From Bacteriovoracaceae bacterium (GTDB taxonomy: Bacteria; Bdellovibrionota; Bacteriovoracia; Bacteriovoracales; Bacteriovoracaceae): a DNA stretch of 64,000 bases. Positions 19,548 to 30,097 of the stretch are shown here, piece by piece. Position 1 is the stretch's first letter. Each line of letters starts with the position of its first letter. The position numbers and the translations under genes were made by a program. The DNA is taken from NCBI GenBank assembly GCA_048270185.1, contig JBLWTJ010000001.1:1664001-1728000 (forward strand). The letters are read 5' to 3'. Below the pieces are notes generated by a model. It worked only from the letters and a program-made list of their open reading frames with translations, had not been told where the DNA came from and ran no database searches.

Positions 19548-20533
19548 AGTGCGGCTCTCTTTTTACGGCGGATCTTAGCATTGATATCATCGAGAGAATC
19601 AACGGCCATATCCCAAGCCGTATAAATTTGTTTCTTACGATCAGCTCTTAGGTCACCGGCAACGTAGAAGTTTTCAACATTTGTCTCACCCTTCTCATTT
19701 CCAAGAACATATCCACGTCCATCAACCTCTGCACCTAGAGCTGTCGCTAACTCATTATAAACGATAGTTCCAAGCGAAACAAAAGAAAATGCTGACTCAA
19801 GTGTTCTTCCACTTGCAAATTTATAGCCTTCAACTTTTCCAGATTTCTTATCACCTAAGATCTCATGAATCTCTTCTGTGAAAACTTCAATCTTATAAGC
19901 TTTAATAAGCTTTTGAGTCTCCTCATCAAATTGTGGTGTCTCACCATTTGTGAGAATAGACATCGAAGGTGTGTTGTAGCGCTCTTTAAGCATTACTGCA
20001 ACCCAGGCAGCTCCTGATGTATGACCAATAATTGAAGTGTGCTTATCATAGACATGATGTCCATCACATCTCAAACAATAATCAACTGTCTGAGCGTTTG
20101 CAAATGGAAGAATTGGCTTAATGCTTCCCTTAAAGTGTGGCTGCACATCCATAATCCCCGTTGTTAAAACAACATACTGAGCTTGATACTTCTCTCCATC
20201 ACTATCAGTTAGATGAAAGATTCCTTCATCATCTTTTGTGATTTGCGTGATACCTTTTCCCTTAACGTAAGTTAGATTATCTTTAAATTCTTCTGATTCC
20301 TGAATCCACTCGAGTGTATCTTTATTAGGATCTTCGATCCCCTTGCGATACTTTTGATAACCAGGCATATTCTCAACTTTATAAACCCACTTATCACGTG
20401 AGCGCTTCTTATCACGAGGTGAACCAGGAAAGAGGATGACTTGGTCGTTATTTAAAACACCGCGAAGGGTTGCCATCATTCCTGCGGCCCCACTTCCTAC
20501 TACTGCGATTTGATATATATTTTGTGATGACAT
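19523..20533 (-). CDS. Thioredoxin-reductase-like FAD/NAD(P) oxidoreductase
   Basis: GSGAAG, CLRCDG, YVAGD. Confidence 0.88.
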   Translation of the reverse strand: MSSQNIYQIAVVGSGAAGMMATLRGVLNNDQVILFPGSPRDKKRSRDKWVYKVENMPGYQKYRKGIEDPNKDTLEWIQESEEFKDNLTYVKGKGITQITKDDEGIFHLTDSDGEKYQAQYVVLTTGIMDVQPHFKGSIKPILPFANAQTVDYCLRCDGHHVYDKHTSIIGHTSGAAWVAVMLKERYNTPSMSILTNGETPQFDEETQKLIKAYKIEVFTEEIHEILGDKKSGKVEGYKFASGRTLESAFSFVSLGTIVYNELATALGAEVDGRGYVLGNEKGETNVENFYVAGDLRADRKKQIYTAWDMAVDSLDDINAKIRRKKRAALLTSLGLA

Positions 20534-20573
20534 ATAGACTCCTATTACTAATTCTCATTTAGTATAGTCTATC

Positions 20574-20600
20574 AAAAAAAGGGAATCTAATAGATTCCCT
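20574..20600 (-). terminator. Intrinsic terminator downstream of the CNNM/CBS gene
   Basis: AGGGAATCTA/TAGATTCCCT stem with a 7-nt U-tract on the minus strand. Confidence 0.8.
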
Positions 20601-20635
20601 CTATGTAAAGATTTGTTATTTTTATGAAAAGAGGC

Positions 20636-21982
20636 TTACTTGACAGGAATATCGAGTAGGTCTTCAGTGCTCTCAACAGCTTCCTTGGCCTCTTTCTTTG
20701 AGAAGAAGTGCTTTTCACCATCGACATCTTTGATTTTAACTTGCTTAATTTCGTAATCAAAGACTTCAGTTAACTCAAAGCTATAGCCTTCCCAGATAAT
20801 AATCTGACCTGATTCAGGAAAGTTATTTCCAAGCATATCAAGAAGGAAGCCTGCAAGAGTTGAGTAATTATCATTTAATGGAATCTTAATATCATAATCA
20901 TGATCAAGATCACGAAGATTAGTCGCTCCATCAATATCAACACCTTCAATAAGATCGCTCTCTTGGTACTCTTTTGTAATTTGATCGATATCATCATCGT
21001 GCTCATCTTGGATCTCTCCAAGAATTTCCTCAATAATGTCTTCAAGTGTAATGATCCCAACAATAAGCCCATTCTCATCTTTCACTAGGGCCATGTGAAC
21101 TTTCTTACGGTTCATATGATCAAAGACTGCTTGAATCTTCATATGCTCGTAAACGAAGAATGGCTCACGTAAGTGGTTGGCCAGTACAAAATTTTCACGT
21201 TGGGCTTTTCTAATAAAGGCAAGCTCCTTTACGTGAAGAAAACCTTCAATATTATCAATCTCACCATCACATACTGGATAGCGTGAGTGAATTGATTCTT
21301 CGATCTCATTTAGTACTTCGCTATAAGTACTATTGACTGGAATCGTTTTGATTTCACGACGTGGAATCATGATGTCCTTAACTTTGATCTTTGGAAATTC
21401 AAGAATTGAGTTAAAGAGATCAATTTGCTTGTGGTCAATCGTATTCTCATTCTCTGCTTTCTTAATCATAAACTCGAGGTCATCTTTTGTAACAATTCGA
21501 CCAGTTAACTGAGCATTCTCCCCGAGAACAGTGTGAATTAACCACACCATAACTTTAATCACAGGATAAAGTAGATAATAGAAAATTTGCAGAACGCGAA
21601 TAACAAATAGCGATAAACTCTCAGCGTGAGTTCTTGCAAAAGTTTTTGGAATAATTTCACCAAAGATTAGAATAATAAAAGTTGTTACCCCAACAGCGAT
21701 ACCAATTGCATCATCAGCAAACATTCGTGTTGCGAGAACTGTTGTTAAAGATGAGGCAAAGATATTAACGACGTTATTACCAACAAGGATTGTGGTTAGG
21801 ATTTCACTTGGGCGATCAATCATGAACGCAATCGCACGTCCTTTGGAATCACCTTCTTGAATAAGCTGGCTGGCACGATCATGTGGTATTGAAAGTAGGA
21901 CGGCCTCCGATCCAGAAAAGAATCCTGAGCCAATAAAGCAAACGATGAGCGAAATAATTTCAAGACTGCTTACATCGCCCAT
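20636..21982 (-). CDS. CNNM/CorB (DUF21)-CBS-CorC family Mg2+/Co2+ transport protein
   Basis: FFSGSE, GNNVVN, FGEIIPK, SRYPV, TLEDIIEEILGEIQDE. Confidence 0.92.
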   Translation of the reverse strand: MGDVSSLEIISLIVCFIGSGFFSGSEAVLLSIPHDRASQLIQEGDSKGRAIAFMIDRPSEILTTILVGNNVVNIFASSLTTVLATRMFADDAIGIAVGVTTFIILIFGEIIPKTFARTHAESLSLFVIRVLQIFYYLLYPVIKVMVWLIHTVLGENAQLTGRIVTKDDLEFMIKKAENENTIDHKQIDLFNSILEFPKIKVKDIMIPRREIKTIPVNSTYSEVLNEIEESIHSRYPVCDGEIDNIEGFLHVKELAFIRKAQRENFVLANHLREPFFVYEHMKIQAVFDHMNRKKVHMALVKDENGLIVGIITLEDIIEEILGEIQDEHDDDIDQITKEYQESDLIEGVDIDGATNLRDLDHDYDIKIPLNDNYSTLAGFLLDMLGNNFPESGQIIIWEGYSFELTEVFDYEIKQVKIKDVDGEKHFFSKKEAKEAVESTEDLLDIPVK

Positions 21983-22191
21983 TGGATGGCCTTTGTTATA
22001 TTGAATTTAGATGGAAGTTTATTAATTAAGAAACAACAACTCGGAGGTTCTATAAGGTTTATCCTTGTTATGGACGTTGCTCACTAATGAGTCGTCCCTC
22101 GTTTTGATATAAATATTTTATCAGTATTTCTGATATGATTCAATACATCACAAACCTTGGAATTACAAGTATATAGCCCTTCTTACACGGT

Positions 22192-22671
22192 TTAGTGGTG
22201 ATCGAGTTGTTCACCTTTGAAATCGTGATCAGAATAGACAATTCTATCGTTCATCTCGTGATTAAAATCATATATCTCATTGATATTACTCACTTTTCTA
22301 AATATCGTCAGACACTTGTAGCAAATAACAACAGGAGGTAATCTCTTGAATAATGCAAAATCAAAGACATAGAGAATAATAAATGGCGCTACTGAGTACG
22401 GCGCATATTGAGTTGTCGCCATATAAAGAGTCGCCAGAGCAGCAATCACAAAAAGTGCCACACCAATCTTGCGGTTAAAGTCCTTTTGCTTATAGAAGTC
22501 CTTTCTCTCACAACATGGACAGTCCTTAAGGATTCCCTTCTCGTGATCTTCATTCATTTTAACAGGAGCTTTCGTATGACAAATTTGGCACTCAACTTCT
22601 GTCACATCCTTATTCGGATGAAACGAAACAGCTGACCCACATTCTTTACACGTTAAAGTAATTTCCATCAT
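22192..22671 (-). CDS. Zinc-ribbon membrane protein, hypothetical
   Basis: CKEC, CQIC, CPCC, CYKC plus two TM helices; ATGA coupling with upstream gene fixes the start. Confidence 0.7.
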   Translation of the reverse strand: MMEITLTCKECGSAVSFHPNKDVTEVECQICHTKAPVKMNEDHEKGILKDCPCCERKDFYKQKDFNRKIGVALFVIAALATLYMATTQYAPYSVAPFIILYVFDFALFKRLPPVVICYKCLTIFRKVSNINEIYDFNHEMNDRIVYSDHDFKGEQLDHH

Positions 22672-23444
22672 AGTAGTAATCCATATGTATAAAATAAATA
22701 AATAGCAATAATTTCGCCGATGAAGATAAAGATCGTCATGGCATAGAATATTCCCGTTGCACTCTGTGTACTTCTCATACAAACAAGTTTCCAACCAAAA
22801 ACACTCATAGCAAATATAACAAGGTAACCCCAAATATCGCGCATGATAACCATCAGCCAATTAAAAGCGTAACCACCTCCAAGCTGCGTGCCTTCTGCTA
22901 GATAAGGCCCAAGCTTTGCATGCTCAAAAATTGTCCAAACTAGCTTGATTCCAATTAAGGACCACATTGCAAGAGTCGCTCTTTTAAGAGGAACTTCAGA
23001 TAGTTTTGGTGTAACAAGATACCAGTGACCAAGGATCATGGCATATGTAATAGCACCAAGGTAGTAAACCGAAGATGCAATATAGAGATAGTTAATAAGA
23101 TTCTTATCCTGGAATAAGTAGAGAACCCAAAAACCTAGTATTGCTGGAATCGCGTAAAGTACCCAAAGAGCAGAGTTTTTCTCATCGTAGTGGTTATGTA
23201 ATTGATGATGAAATAGTATTGAGATTGTACTGACGTAAATAAGAATTGCTTCTAAATCCGTTGCACTGTGACCTGTAATAATATGAGTAATGGCCGCTAG
23301 AAATAAACTCACTAAACAAGTTGTCGATAGTAGTTTTTGAAAACCGCCACCAGTCATCTTTGAATTGGCAACAGGAGCAAAAGTAAAAACACCAAAGCCT
23401 ACGGCCAGGAAGAAGTACTTTGCGATTTCAAATGTATTACTCAT
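22668..23444 (-). CDS. Polytopic membrane protein, hypothetical
   Basis: About 8 TM helices, MILGHWYL and STQSATGIFY segments. Confidence 0.7.
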   Translation of the reverse strand: MSNTFEIAKYFFLAVGFGVFTFAPVANSKMTGGGFQKLLSTTCLVSLFLAAITHIITGHSATDLEAILIYVSTISILFHHQLHNHYDEKNSALWVLYAIPAILGFWVLYLFQDKNLINYLYIASSVYYLGAITYAMILGHWYLVTPKLSEVPLKRATLAMWSLIGIKLVWTIFEHAKLGPYLAEGTQLGGGYAFNWLMVIMRDIWGYLVIFAMSVFGWKLVCMRSTQSATGIFYAMTIFIFIGEIIAIYLFYTYGLLL

Positions 23445-23850
23445 TAAAATTACTCTCTCGTAAATAATGCTCAATTAAGCGCATAATTATGATTTTATTT
23501 GCTGCTGGAATATTAAGCTCTTCTACCTTATTTTGAGCGTTTTCAAAAGGTATCTTTTGACTCTCTAAGCTCATTTCCTTTGTATAATCAGTAAGATAGA
23601 CAAAGAGAATGACACTTCGATCATCGTAATCATGTCGATATTGAGTGAAGAGTGTTATTTTATTGAGTTCGACTCCCACCTCTTCATAGAACTCTCGACG
23701 TGCTGCCTGTTCAGAATTCTCCCCTGCTTCAACTTTACCACCAGGGAACTCCATCATTCCATCAAGAGGGCCGTCTTCACGGCGAACTTGCGAGTAGAGA
23801 GTAAGGCCTGTAGCCGAGGCTTCATAGGGAATAACAATTGAAATATCCAT
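23437..23850 (-). CDS. mutT: MutT-like NUDIX hydrolase
   Basis: EFPGGKVEAGENSEQAARREFYEEVG Nudix box. Confidence 0.8.
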   Translation of the reverse strand: MDISIVIPYEASATGLTLYSQVRREDGPLDGMMEFPGGKVEAGENSEQAARREFYEEVGVELNKITLFTQYRHDYDDRSVILFVYLTDYTKEMSLESQKIPFENAQNKVEELNIPAANKIIIMRLIEHYLRESNFNE

Positions 23851-23932
23851 GGATATAGTTCTACCCTAAAAAAACTAAAATGTTAAAAGAAGGCCACTAG
23901 CTTTTTGTCCCAGCATTGTTTATAACCGCAGG

Positions 23933-24934
23933 GTGAGTACATTACCATTTAAGAAACATTCACTCCTCTTTGCTCCGATGGAAGGGGTTACTGACGGACC
24001 TTATCGCGAAGTCATTCAACGAGCTTTCGGGGACTGGGATTACTATGCCACTGACTTCTATCGAATTCCATCAGTTGGAAATATTGGAATGAAGGCGTTA
24101 GTAAAACACTTTGGTGAACAATACTTAAAGAAAGCATCTCACACGAATCAGACGGCCTATCAATTTCTAACTTCTGAAATTGCTCAAACCGATCAGGCCA
24201 TAGGCCTTATTAGTGAACTCGACTACCACCATATTGATCTCAACCTTGGATGTCCATCAAAGAAGGTCAATTCAAATAAGGGTGGAGCTTATCTTCTTTC
24301 AGACCTTAAGGCCCTTGAGAAAATCATCACACAAATAAGAAATGGGTTTAAGAATACTTTCACAGTAAAAATTCGCATTGGTTATCGAGATGATAGCCTC
24401 TTCTTTGATCTTCTTAGATTATTTGAAGACTGCGGAGTTGAAGGAATAACTATTCATGCCCGAACTAGAGATCAACTCTATAAAGGAGTTGCGGATTGGA
24501 ATTATATTGAAAAGGCCGTGAATTTCTCAAAGCTTCCAATTATTGCCAATGGTGATATTTGGACGACTGAAGATATTGAAAATATCTTTGATCGCTGCGA
24601 CCCATACGCTGTAATGTGTGGCCGAAGTGCATTAAAAACACCATGGCTTGCTTCAATATATAAACAGTATCAAGGTAATCTCGATTTCCTAAGTGATGAA
24701 TTTCTTTTAAAAGAGCGAGCAAAGAATCTCGATATCTACTTCTACGAACTAGAGAAGGAATATCGAAAGTTTGGTTTTATTGATAACACCATACTAAAGC
24801 GCTTTAAGGCCTTCTGCCGCTATCTCTTTGATGACTATGACAACTTTGAAGTTATTCGTGGTCGTTTTCTTCGTGCTCAGAGCATCCATGAATTTCGCAA
24901 TCATGTTCATGACTTTGTGGAGAATTATTCTTAA
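23933..24934 (+). CDS. tRNA-dihydrouridine synthase
   Basis: APMEG, DLNLGCP, VKIRIG, IHAR, ANGDI. Confidence 0.93.
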   Translation: MSTLPFKKHSLLFAPMEGVTDGPYREVIQRAFGDWDYYATDFYRIPSVGNIGMKALVKHFGEQYLKKASHTNQTAYQFLTSEIAQTDQAIGLISELDYHHIDLNLGCPSKKVNSNKGGAYLLSDLKALEKIITQIRNGFKNTFTVKIRIGYRDDSLFFDLLRLFEDCGVEGITIHARTRDQLYKGVADWNYIEKAVNFSKLPIIANGDIWTTEDIENIFDRCDPYAVMCGRSALKTPWLASIYKQYQGNLDFLSDEFLLKERAKNLDIYFYELEKEYRKFGFIDNTILKRFKAFCRYLFDDYDNFEVIRGRFLRAQSIHEFRNHVHDFVENYS

Positions 24935-25316
24935 CGAATAAGTAGAAAATTAATTCAAATGCTAAGACACCAAGTAAGTAAACAATACGAGCTTGTACCG
25001 ATGGCGACACTAGCATTACGAGAAAGAAGAAAATAAAACCTGGAGCGTGTCTTAAAACAATATTTCCCCAAGTATTATCAGGAAGCCAATCTTCAAATAA
25101 GTGAAAAACACCCATCACAAAATTAGCAAAATTAAATCGACTACGGCGCTCTTCAAAATACTCATCTCGATTCGGGTGACAATAGAGCCCAGCAAATGAA
25201 ATTGAAGTAAAGAAACAGATAAACTCTTCAATCGAAAACTTTAGAAGATAAGATGCGATAAAGAAAATGATCACTGCTGGTAAGAAATAAAGGTAATACT
25301 TAATTCCAATTTTCAT
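24852..25316 (-). CDS. Hypothetical membrane protein
   Basis: Four hydrophobic segments, GGAG RBS. Confidence 0.65.
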   Translation of the reverse strand: MKIGIKYYLYFLPAVIIFFIASYLLKFSIEEFICFFTSISFAGLYCHPNRDEYFEERRSRFNFANFVMGVFHLFEDWLPDNTWGNIVLRHAPGFIFFFLVMLVSPSVQARIVYLLGVLAFELIFYLFVKNNSPQSHEHDCEIHGCSEHEENDHE

Positions 25317-25325
25317 TGCGTCTCC

Positions 25326-25357
25326 AAAAAGAAAGGCACCCTACTAGGTGCCTTTCT
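25326..25357 (-). terminator. Intrinsic terminator after rny
   Basis: AGAAAGGCACC/GGTGCCTTTCT stem followed by a U-tract on the minus strand. Confidence 0.8.
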
Positions 25358-25379
25358 CATATTATAAATGGAAGTTATT

Positions 25380-26939
25380 TTACTTAGCAACTCCAACTGC
25401 TTTAGTCTCACGAACAACTGTAATTTTAATTGTTCCTGGATATGACATTTGCTCCTCGATTTGCTTAGCAATATTACGAGATAGCATAACAGTTTCTTCG
25501 TCAGTAACTTTATCGTTTTCAACAAAGACACGTACTTCACGTCCACCTGAGATTGCATATGACTTGCTAACACCTTCGAAAGAGTTAACAATTTCTTCAA
25601 TATCAGTAAGACGAGAAACATAAGACTCAGTAAGTGCCTTACGAGCACCTGGTCTTGCACCTGAGATCGCATCAGCTGCTGCAACAATGTGAGCAAGAAT
25701 TGATTCTGGTTTTTCATCATCGTGGTGAGCACGGATAGCGTGAACAACGTCAGCCGACTCTCCAAACTTACGAGCAAAGTCAGCACCGATAACCGCGTGA
25801 GAACCTTCAGCAGAAGCATCAAGAACTTTTCCGATATCGTGTAAAAGACCAGCACGACGAGCTTGTTTAATATTTAATCCCATTTCAGCTGCCATTGCTC
25901 CAGCAACAAATGCTGCTTCAATTGCGTGCTGATATTGGTTCTGAGTATATGAAGTTCTAAAGTTAAGAGCTCCAACAAGCTTCAGAATTTCTGGGTGAAT
26001 ACCGTGAACACCGATTTCCATCTGTGCTTTCTCACCAAGAGCTAGAAGTTTCTTTTCAAACTCGGCCTTAGATTTATCGTGGAATTCTTCAATCTTTGCA
26101 GGGTGGATACGACCGTCAGCAATTAGCTTTTCAATTGTATCTTTTGCGATCTCACGTCTTACAACGTTAAATGAAGAAATAACAACAATCTCTGGAGTAT
26201 CATCGATAATTAAGTCAACACCACAAATTTGCTCAAAGGCACGGATGTTACGACCTTCACGACCAATTAGACGTCCCTTTACATCATCAGAAGGTAGGTC
26301 AACAGTTGAGATCGTCTTTTCACCAACGTGCTCTCCTGCATATCTTTGAATCGCAATACCAACAATTCTTTTCGCACGGTTCTCAGCATCTTCTTTTGCC
26401 TCTTCTTCCATGCGTTTTATCATTTTAGAGAAATCTACTTGAGCTTCTTCCTTCATTGTATCAAGTAGCTCGTCTTTCGCTTGCTCCTTAGTCATTGCCG
26501 CAACTTCTGAAAGCTTATTAGCATACTCTTCAATACGAATAACGTACTTTTCTTTTTCTTTAAGAGCGTCGAGTTCTTTTTCTTTTACCTCTTCTTCTCT
26601 TTTTTCGATTTTCTTAAACTTATCATCAAGTTCATCCATTTTAGATTCAAGTTTTGCTTGTCTCTTATTTAGATCTTTTTCTTGATCATTTAATTCGCGT
26701 TTAATTTTTTCCGCGTACTTTTCAGCATCTTTCTTTTCTTCTTGTGCTGCTTCTTTTGCTTCTTTTCTTGCTTTATAGCTTATGTCTTTTGCTTGTGCCT
26801 TGGCCTTCTCGATGATTTCGTCACCCTTTTGTTCTCTTTCAGCAAGTTCTTTCTTTGCCTGAAGATTACGGATAACAAAACCAACAGCTAGTCCAATCAC
26901 AAGAAAAAGAAGTGAAGCTAAGATTAAATCCATACTCAT
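25380..26939 (-). CDS. rny: Ribonuclease Y
   Basis: N-terminal TM, coiled coil, KH (KGRLIGREGRNI), HD (LLHDIGK), SGARPGAR. Confidence 0.98.
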   Translation of the reverse strand: MSMDLILASLLFLVIGLAVGFVIRNLQAKKELAEREQKGDEIIEKAKAQAKDISYKARKEAKEAAQEEKKDAEKYAEKIKRELNDQEKDLNKRQAKLESKMDELDDKFKKIEKREEEVKEKELDALKEKEKYVIRIEEYANKLSEVAAMTKEQAKDELLDTMKEEAQVDFSKMIKRMEEEAKEDAENRAKRIVGIAIQRYAGEHVGEKTISTVDLPSDDVKGRLIGREGRNIRAFEQICGVDLIIDDTPEIVVISSFNVVRREIAKDTIEKLIADGRIHPAKIEEFHDKSKAEFEKKLLALGEKAQMEIGVHGIHPEILKLVGALNFRTSYTQNQYQHAIEAAFVAGAMAAEMGLNIKQARRAGLLHDIGKVLDASAEGSHAVIGADFARKFGESADVVHAIRAHHDDEKPESILAHIVAAADAISGARPGARKALTESYVSRLTDIEEIVNSFEGVSKSYAISGGREVRVFVENDKVTDEETVMLSRNIAKQIEEQMSYPGTIKITVVRETKAVGVAK

Positions 26940-26949
26940 CTCTTTCTCC

Positions 26950-27525
26950 CTATTGATTAACTTTAGTCATTCCCTCATCAGTTACGATAAAGTCCATCAC
27001 CTGATCATGATCCTCAAGCTTCACTAATTCAATTAACTGCTGACTAAAGCAAATTCCTATTTTTATAACTCTTCTTTTTAGCGTACTTTCAATTTTCTCA
27101 AGGTAGCGATCATAATAACCCTTACCTCGGCCCAAGCGCCCACCACTTTTATCAAATGCGACACCTGGAACTAAGATGATTTCTGGCCAAATAACTTTTC
27201 TATCATTGGCAGGAATTTTAAAACTCTTCCCAAAGGCTTTATCAATAACCAGTTCATCTACTTTAGACTCTTTAAAGACCATGTCATTCGAGTCTTCACT
27301 GAAGAATGGAAAGCAAAGCTTTACGTCTTCCTCAATGCTTAAACAATTTACTTCATCATCTAATGGATAATAGATCCCTAGATAATCTGGATTTAAATTT
27401 TCGGAATTAAAAAGAGATTTGAGATTTTGAACAACTTGACGTGAAAGATTTTGAATTTCTTCGCTATCTAATACTTCAAGCTTCTTTAATATTTCAAATC
27501 GAAGCTCTTGCTTGCCGAAGCTCAT
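26950..27525 (-). CDS. ygfA: 5-formyltetrahydrofolate cyclo-ligase
   Basis: VPGVAFD...RLGRGKGYYDRYL, HDQVMD. Confidence 0.93.
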   Translation of the reverse strand: MSFGKQELRFEILKKLEVLDSEEIQNLSRQVVQNLKSLFNSENLNPDYLGIYYPLDDEVNCLSIEEDVKLCFPFFSEDSNDMVFKESKVDELVIDKAFGKSFKIPANDRKVIWPEIILVPGVAFDKSGGRLGRGKGYYDRYLEKIESTLKRRVIKIGICFSQQLIELVKLEDHDQVMDFIVTDEGMTKVNQ

Positions 27526-27530
27526 CTTTT

Positions 27531-27836
27531 TTAATGAGTCTTTGGAAGCGCTTCTTCAATCAATTTTAAGGCGTTATCAGATAATGTCTTCATATCAGAG
27601 ATGTCATTTTTCATTTCTTTCTCTAATGTAAGCTTCTCTTTCGCTAGCTCAAGTGCAACCAATGCTGCTAATTGAGAACCAGAAATTGAGGGTGCCTTTT
27701 GGCGAATATTATCTGCGATAGCTTCAACGTAATCGACAATTTCTGTCGCTGAAACTACCTCATCTTCTTTAGACTCTTTGAGCCTAAAATTATGACCTAA
27801 TACTTGATATTCTTTAACTTCCGAACTTATATCCAT
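27531..27836 (-). CDS. zapA: Cell division protein ZapA
   Basis: Size, LAALVALELA helix plus coiled coil, canonical zapA-ygfA-rny synteny. Confidence 0.8.
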   Translation of the reverse strand: MDISSEVKEYQVLGHNFRLKESKEDEVVSATEIVDYVEAIADNIRQKAPSISGSQLAALVALELAKEKLTLEKEMKNDISDMKTLSDNALKLIEEALPKTH

Positions 27837-27878
27837 AGTAATTCAATTGTAGTCCTACAAAGGATTTCAGTCAATCAA

Positions 27879-29063
27879 TCAATTACCTACTAGTGCGTCA
27901 AGATATTCATCTAAATTGAACACACTCAGGTCTTCCACATTCTCTCCAACACCAATATAGGTAATTGGGATTTGAAGACTATCAACGATGGAAATTGCAC
28001 TTCCTGCCTTTGAAGATCCATCACATTTTGTGAAAATCAGCCCTGTTAGCTCTAAAGCTTTATTAAACTCTTCGGCTTGGCGAATTGCATTCTGTCCAGT
28101 GATGGCGTCAATCACTAAGAGAGTATGATGAGGTGCATCTTCCATTAGCTTCTTCAGAACATTCTTACTCTTTGTAAGCTCATCCATTAAGTTACCTGCT
28201 GTATGGAGTCTTCCGGCCGTATCAAGGATACAGTAATCTGCTTTCTCATTAATCGCTGTTTGCAGAGCATCATAACCAACACCACTTGGGTTAGCGCCTT
28301 CTTTTGCACGAATCATTGTTGCGCCAGAGCGATCGCACCAAACTTGAAGTTGATCAACGGCCGCTGCTCTAAAAGTATCACAAGCACCAACAACAACTTT
28401 CGCACCTTGACGCGTAAGCTTTGTCGCTAATTTTCCAATTGTTGTCGTCTTCCCTGCTCCGTTGACACCAACAACCATAATAACTTTTGGAAGTCCTGTC
28501 TCATTCGGAGTGAATTCAAAGAGATCACCAGGACTCTTTGACTGAACATCTGACATCTTACTTTTTAAGAAATCTTTTATATAACTTTTAAACTGTGCTT
28601 CATTAAAGTCAGCACTCTTGGCCTTTTCTTCTAAGTTCTCAATGAGTTCGCTTGTAGCCTTTGGCCCAAGGTCAGCTCCATAAAGAAGTTCTTCAATTTC
28701 TTCAAGAGCATCATCATCAAGTCCACCTCGGCCAAATATATTTCCAATTTTTCCCCAAACCCCTTCACGAGAGCTTGATAGTCCCTTTGTCAGCCTTTCT
28801 TTCCATGACTTTTCAACAATCTTCGGTTCTTCTACTACTTCTTCAATTGTTTCAGCGACCTCAGAAACAGAAGTCTCCTCTGTCTTAGTCTCTGGTAGTT
28901 TTGGTTGAGTTTTTGGTTTTGTAAGAAAAAAGATTCCAGTAAATCCAGACACACCAAGAACCGAACACAGAGCAATAAAAGCATAAGCATATTCAATCGT
29001 AACAACGATATTCAGTTGAGCTTGATCGGCCCAAGACTGTAGAAAGGCAACGAGTTGCAACAT
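27879..29063 (-). CDS. ftsY: SRP receptor FtsY
   Basis: GVNGAGKTTT, DTFRAAA, DTAGR, TKCD. Confidence 0.97.
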   Translation of the reverse strand: MLQLVAFLQSWADQAQLNIVVTIEYAYAFIALCSVLGVSGFTGIFFLTKPKTQPKLPETKTEETSVSEVAETIEEVVEEPKIVEKSWKERLTKGLSSSREGVWGKIGNIFGRGGLDDDALEEIEELLYGADLGPKATSELIENLEEKAKSADFNEAQFKSYIKDFLKSKMSDVQSKSPGDLFEFTPNETGLPKVIMVVGVNGAGKTTTIGKLATKLTRQGAKVVVGACDTFRAAAVDQLQVWCDRSGATMIRAKEGANPSGVGYDALQTAINEKADYCILDTAGRLHTAGNLMDELTKSKNVLKKLMEDAPHHTLLVIDAITGQNAIRQAEEFNKALELTGLIFTKCDGSSKAGSAISIVDSLQIPITYIGVGENVEDLSVFNLDEYLDALVGN

Positions 29064-29134
29064 AATATATTCTCCATTTTGTGTGTTTAAGAGATATGAT
29101 ATATAGGCATAAAAATCAATATTTAAGGCCTAAA

Positions 29135-30094
29135 ATGACGAATAAATTAGAACTTTTCCACCTGCAACAAGGGATTCGTAACTTTTTCAATAAAGAAGGT
29201 TTTCTCGACGTCTTAACGCCGCCTATTGTCGAAAATCCAGGAATGGAAGTTCACATTCATCCATTTGCTATACACTCAATTGTGAATAAGAAAACCCATG
29301 AGCTCTATCTTCATACTTCACCAGAGTTTCATATGAAGGAATTATTAAGCGAGGGCCTTGAAAAGATTTTCACCATGAGTTACTGCTTTCGTGATGAACC
29401 CGATAGTGAAACTCATCGAAAACAATTTATTATGCTCGAGTGGTATCGTGCAAATGAAAATTATCAGACAATCATGAATGACATGATTGAACTTTTTAAA
29501 AGTTGTCATACATACCTTGCCTCCAAGGAAGTTAATGTTATAGATATTGGTGATAGTTTTAGAAAGATGACAGTTGCAGAAATTTTTAAAGAAGTCCTCG
29601 CAATTGAAATCTTGAAACTTCTTGATAAGAGTGAGCTCTACCAAATCATTGATAAAAAATTTAAAAAGATTAATCTTTCTGGAAATGAAGATGACTACGC
29701 ATGGGATGATCTCTTCTTTCTTCTTATGTATAATTATATCGAACCAGAAATGAAGAAGTATCCTTTTCTTCTTCTCTATGAATTCCCTGCTCCATTAAGA
29801 GCACTTTCGACAATTAAAGAAAACGATCCAAGAGTTTGTGAACGCTTTGAAGTTTACTGTCATGGAATAGAAATTTGCAATTGCTTTAATGAACTAACAG
29901 ATAGTAACGAGCAAAGACTGCGTTTCGAAAAAGATGCCCAATTAAAGAAAGAACTCTACAAATATAGCCTAAAGTGGCCCAAACGTTTCATTACGACACT
30001 TGAAAGTGGCCTTCCAAAGTCAGCAGGAATTGCCCTGGGAGTTGAACGCCTTCTCATGGCCTTAACCAAGCGAGAAGACGTCTTCTACGATTAA
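29135..30094 (+). CDS. epmA: EF-P beta-lysine ligase (GenX/PoxA)
   Basis: LHTSPEFHMK, FRDE, LEWYR, ERFE, GIALGVERL; no anticodon-binding domain. Confidence 0.9.
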   Translation: MTNKLELFHLQQGIRNFFNKEGFLDVLTPPIVENPGMEVHIHPFAIHSIVNKKTHELYLHTSPEFHMKELLSEGLEKIFTMSYCFRDEPDSETHRKQFIMLEWYRANENYQTIMNDMIELFKSCHTYLASKEVNVIDIGDSFRKMTVAEIFKEVLAIEILKLLDKSELYQIIDKKFKKINLSGNEDDYAWDDLFFLLMYNYIEPEMKKYPFLLLYEFPAPLRALSTIKENDPRVCERFEVYCHGIEICNCFNELTDSNEQRLRFEKDAQLKKELYKYSLKWPKRFITTLESGLPKSAGIALGVERLLMALTKREDVFYD

Positions 30095-30097
30095 CTA

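Noticed and set aside
22672..22860. N-terminal extension of the 22192 ORF given in the track
   Set aside because: It overlaps the upstream gene out of frame; ATGA coupling at 22671 is a better start
25316..25357. Terminator directly before a gene start as evidence of special attenuation
   Set aside because: Ordinary rny terminator; it also shows that the similar layout at 49341 is not by itself proof of regulation
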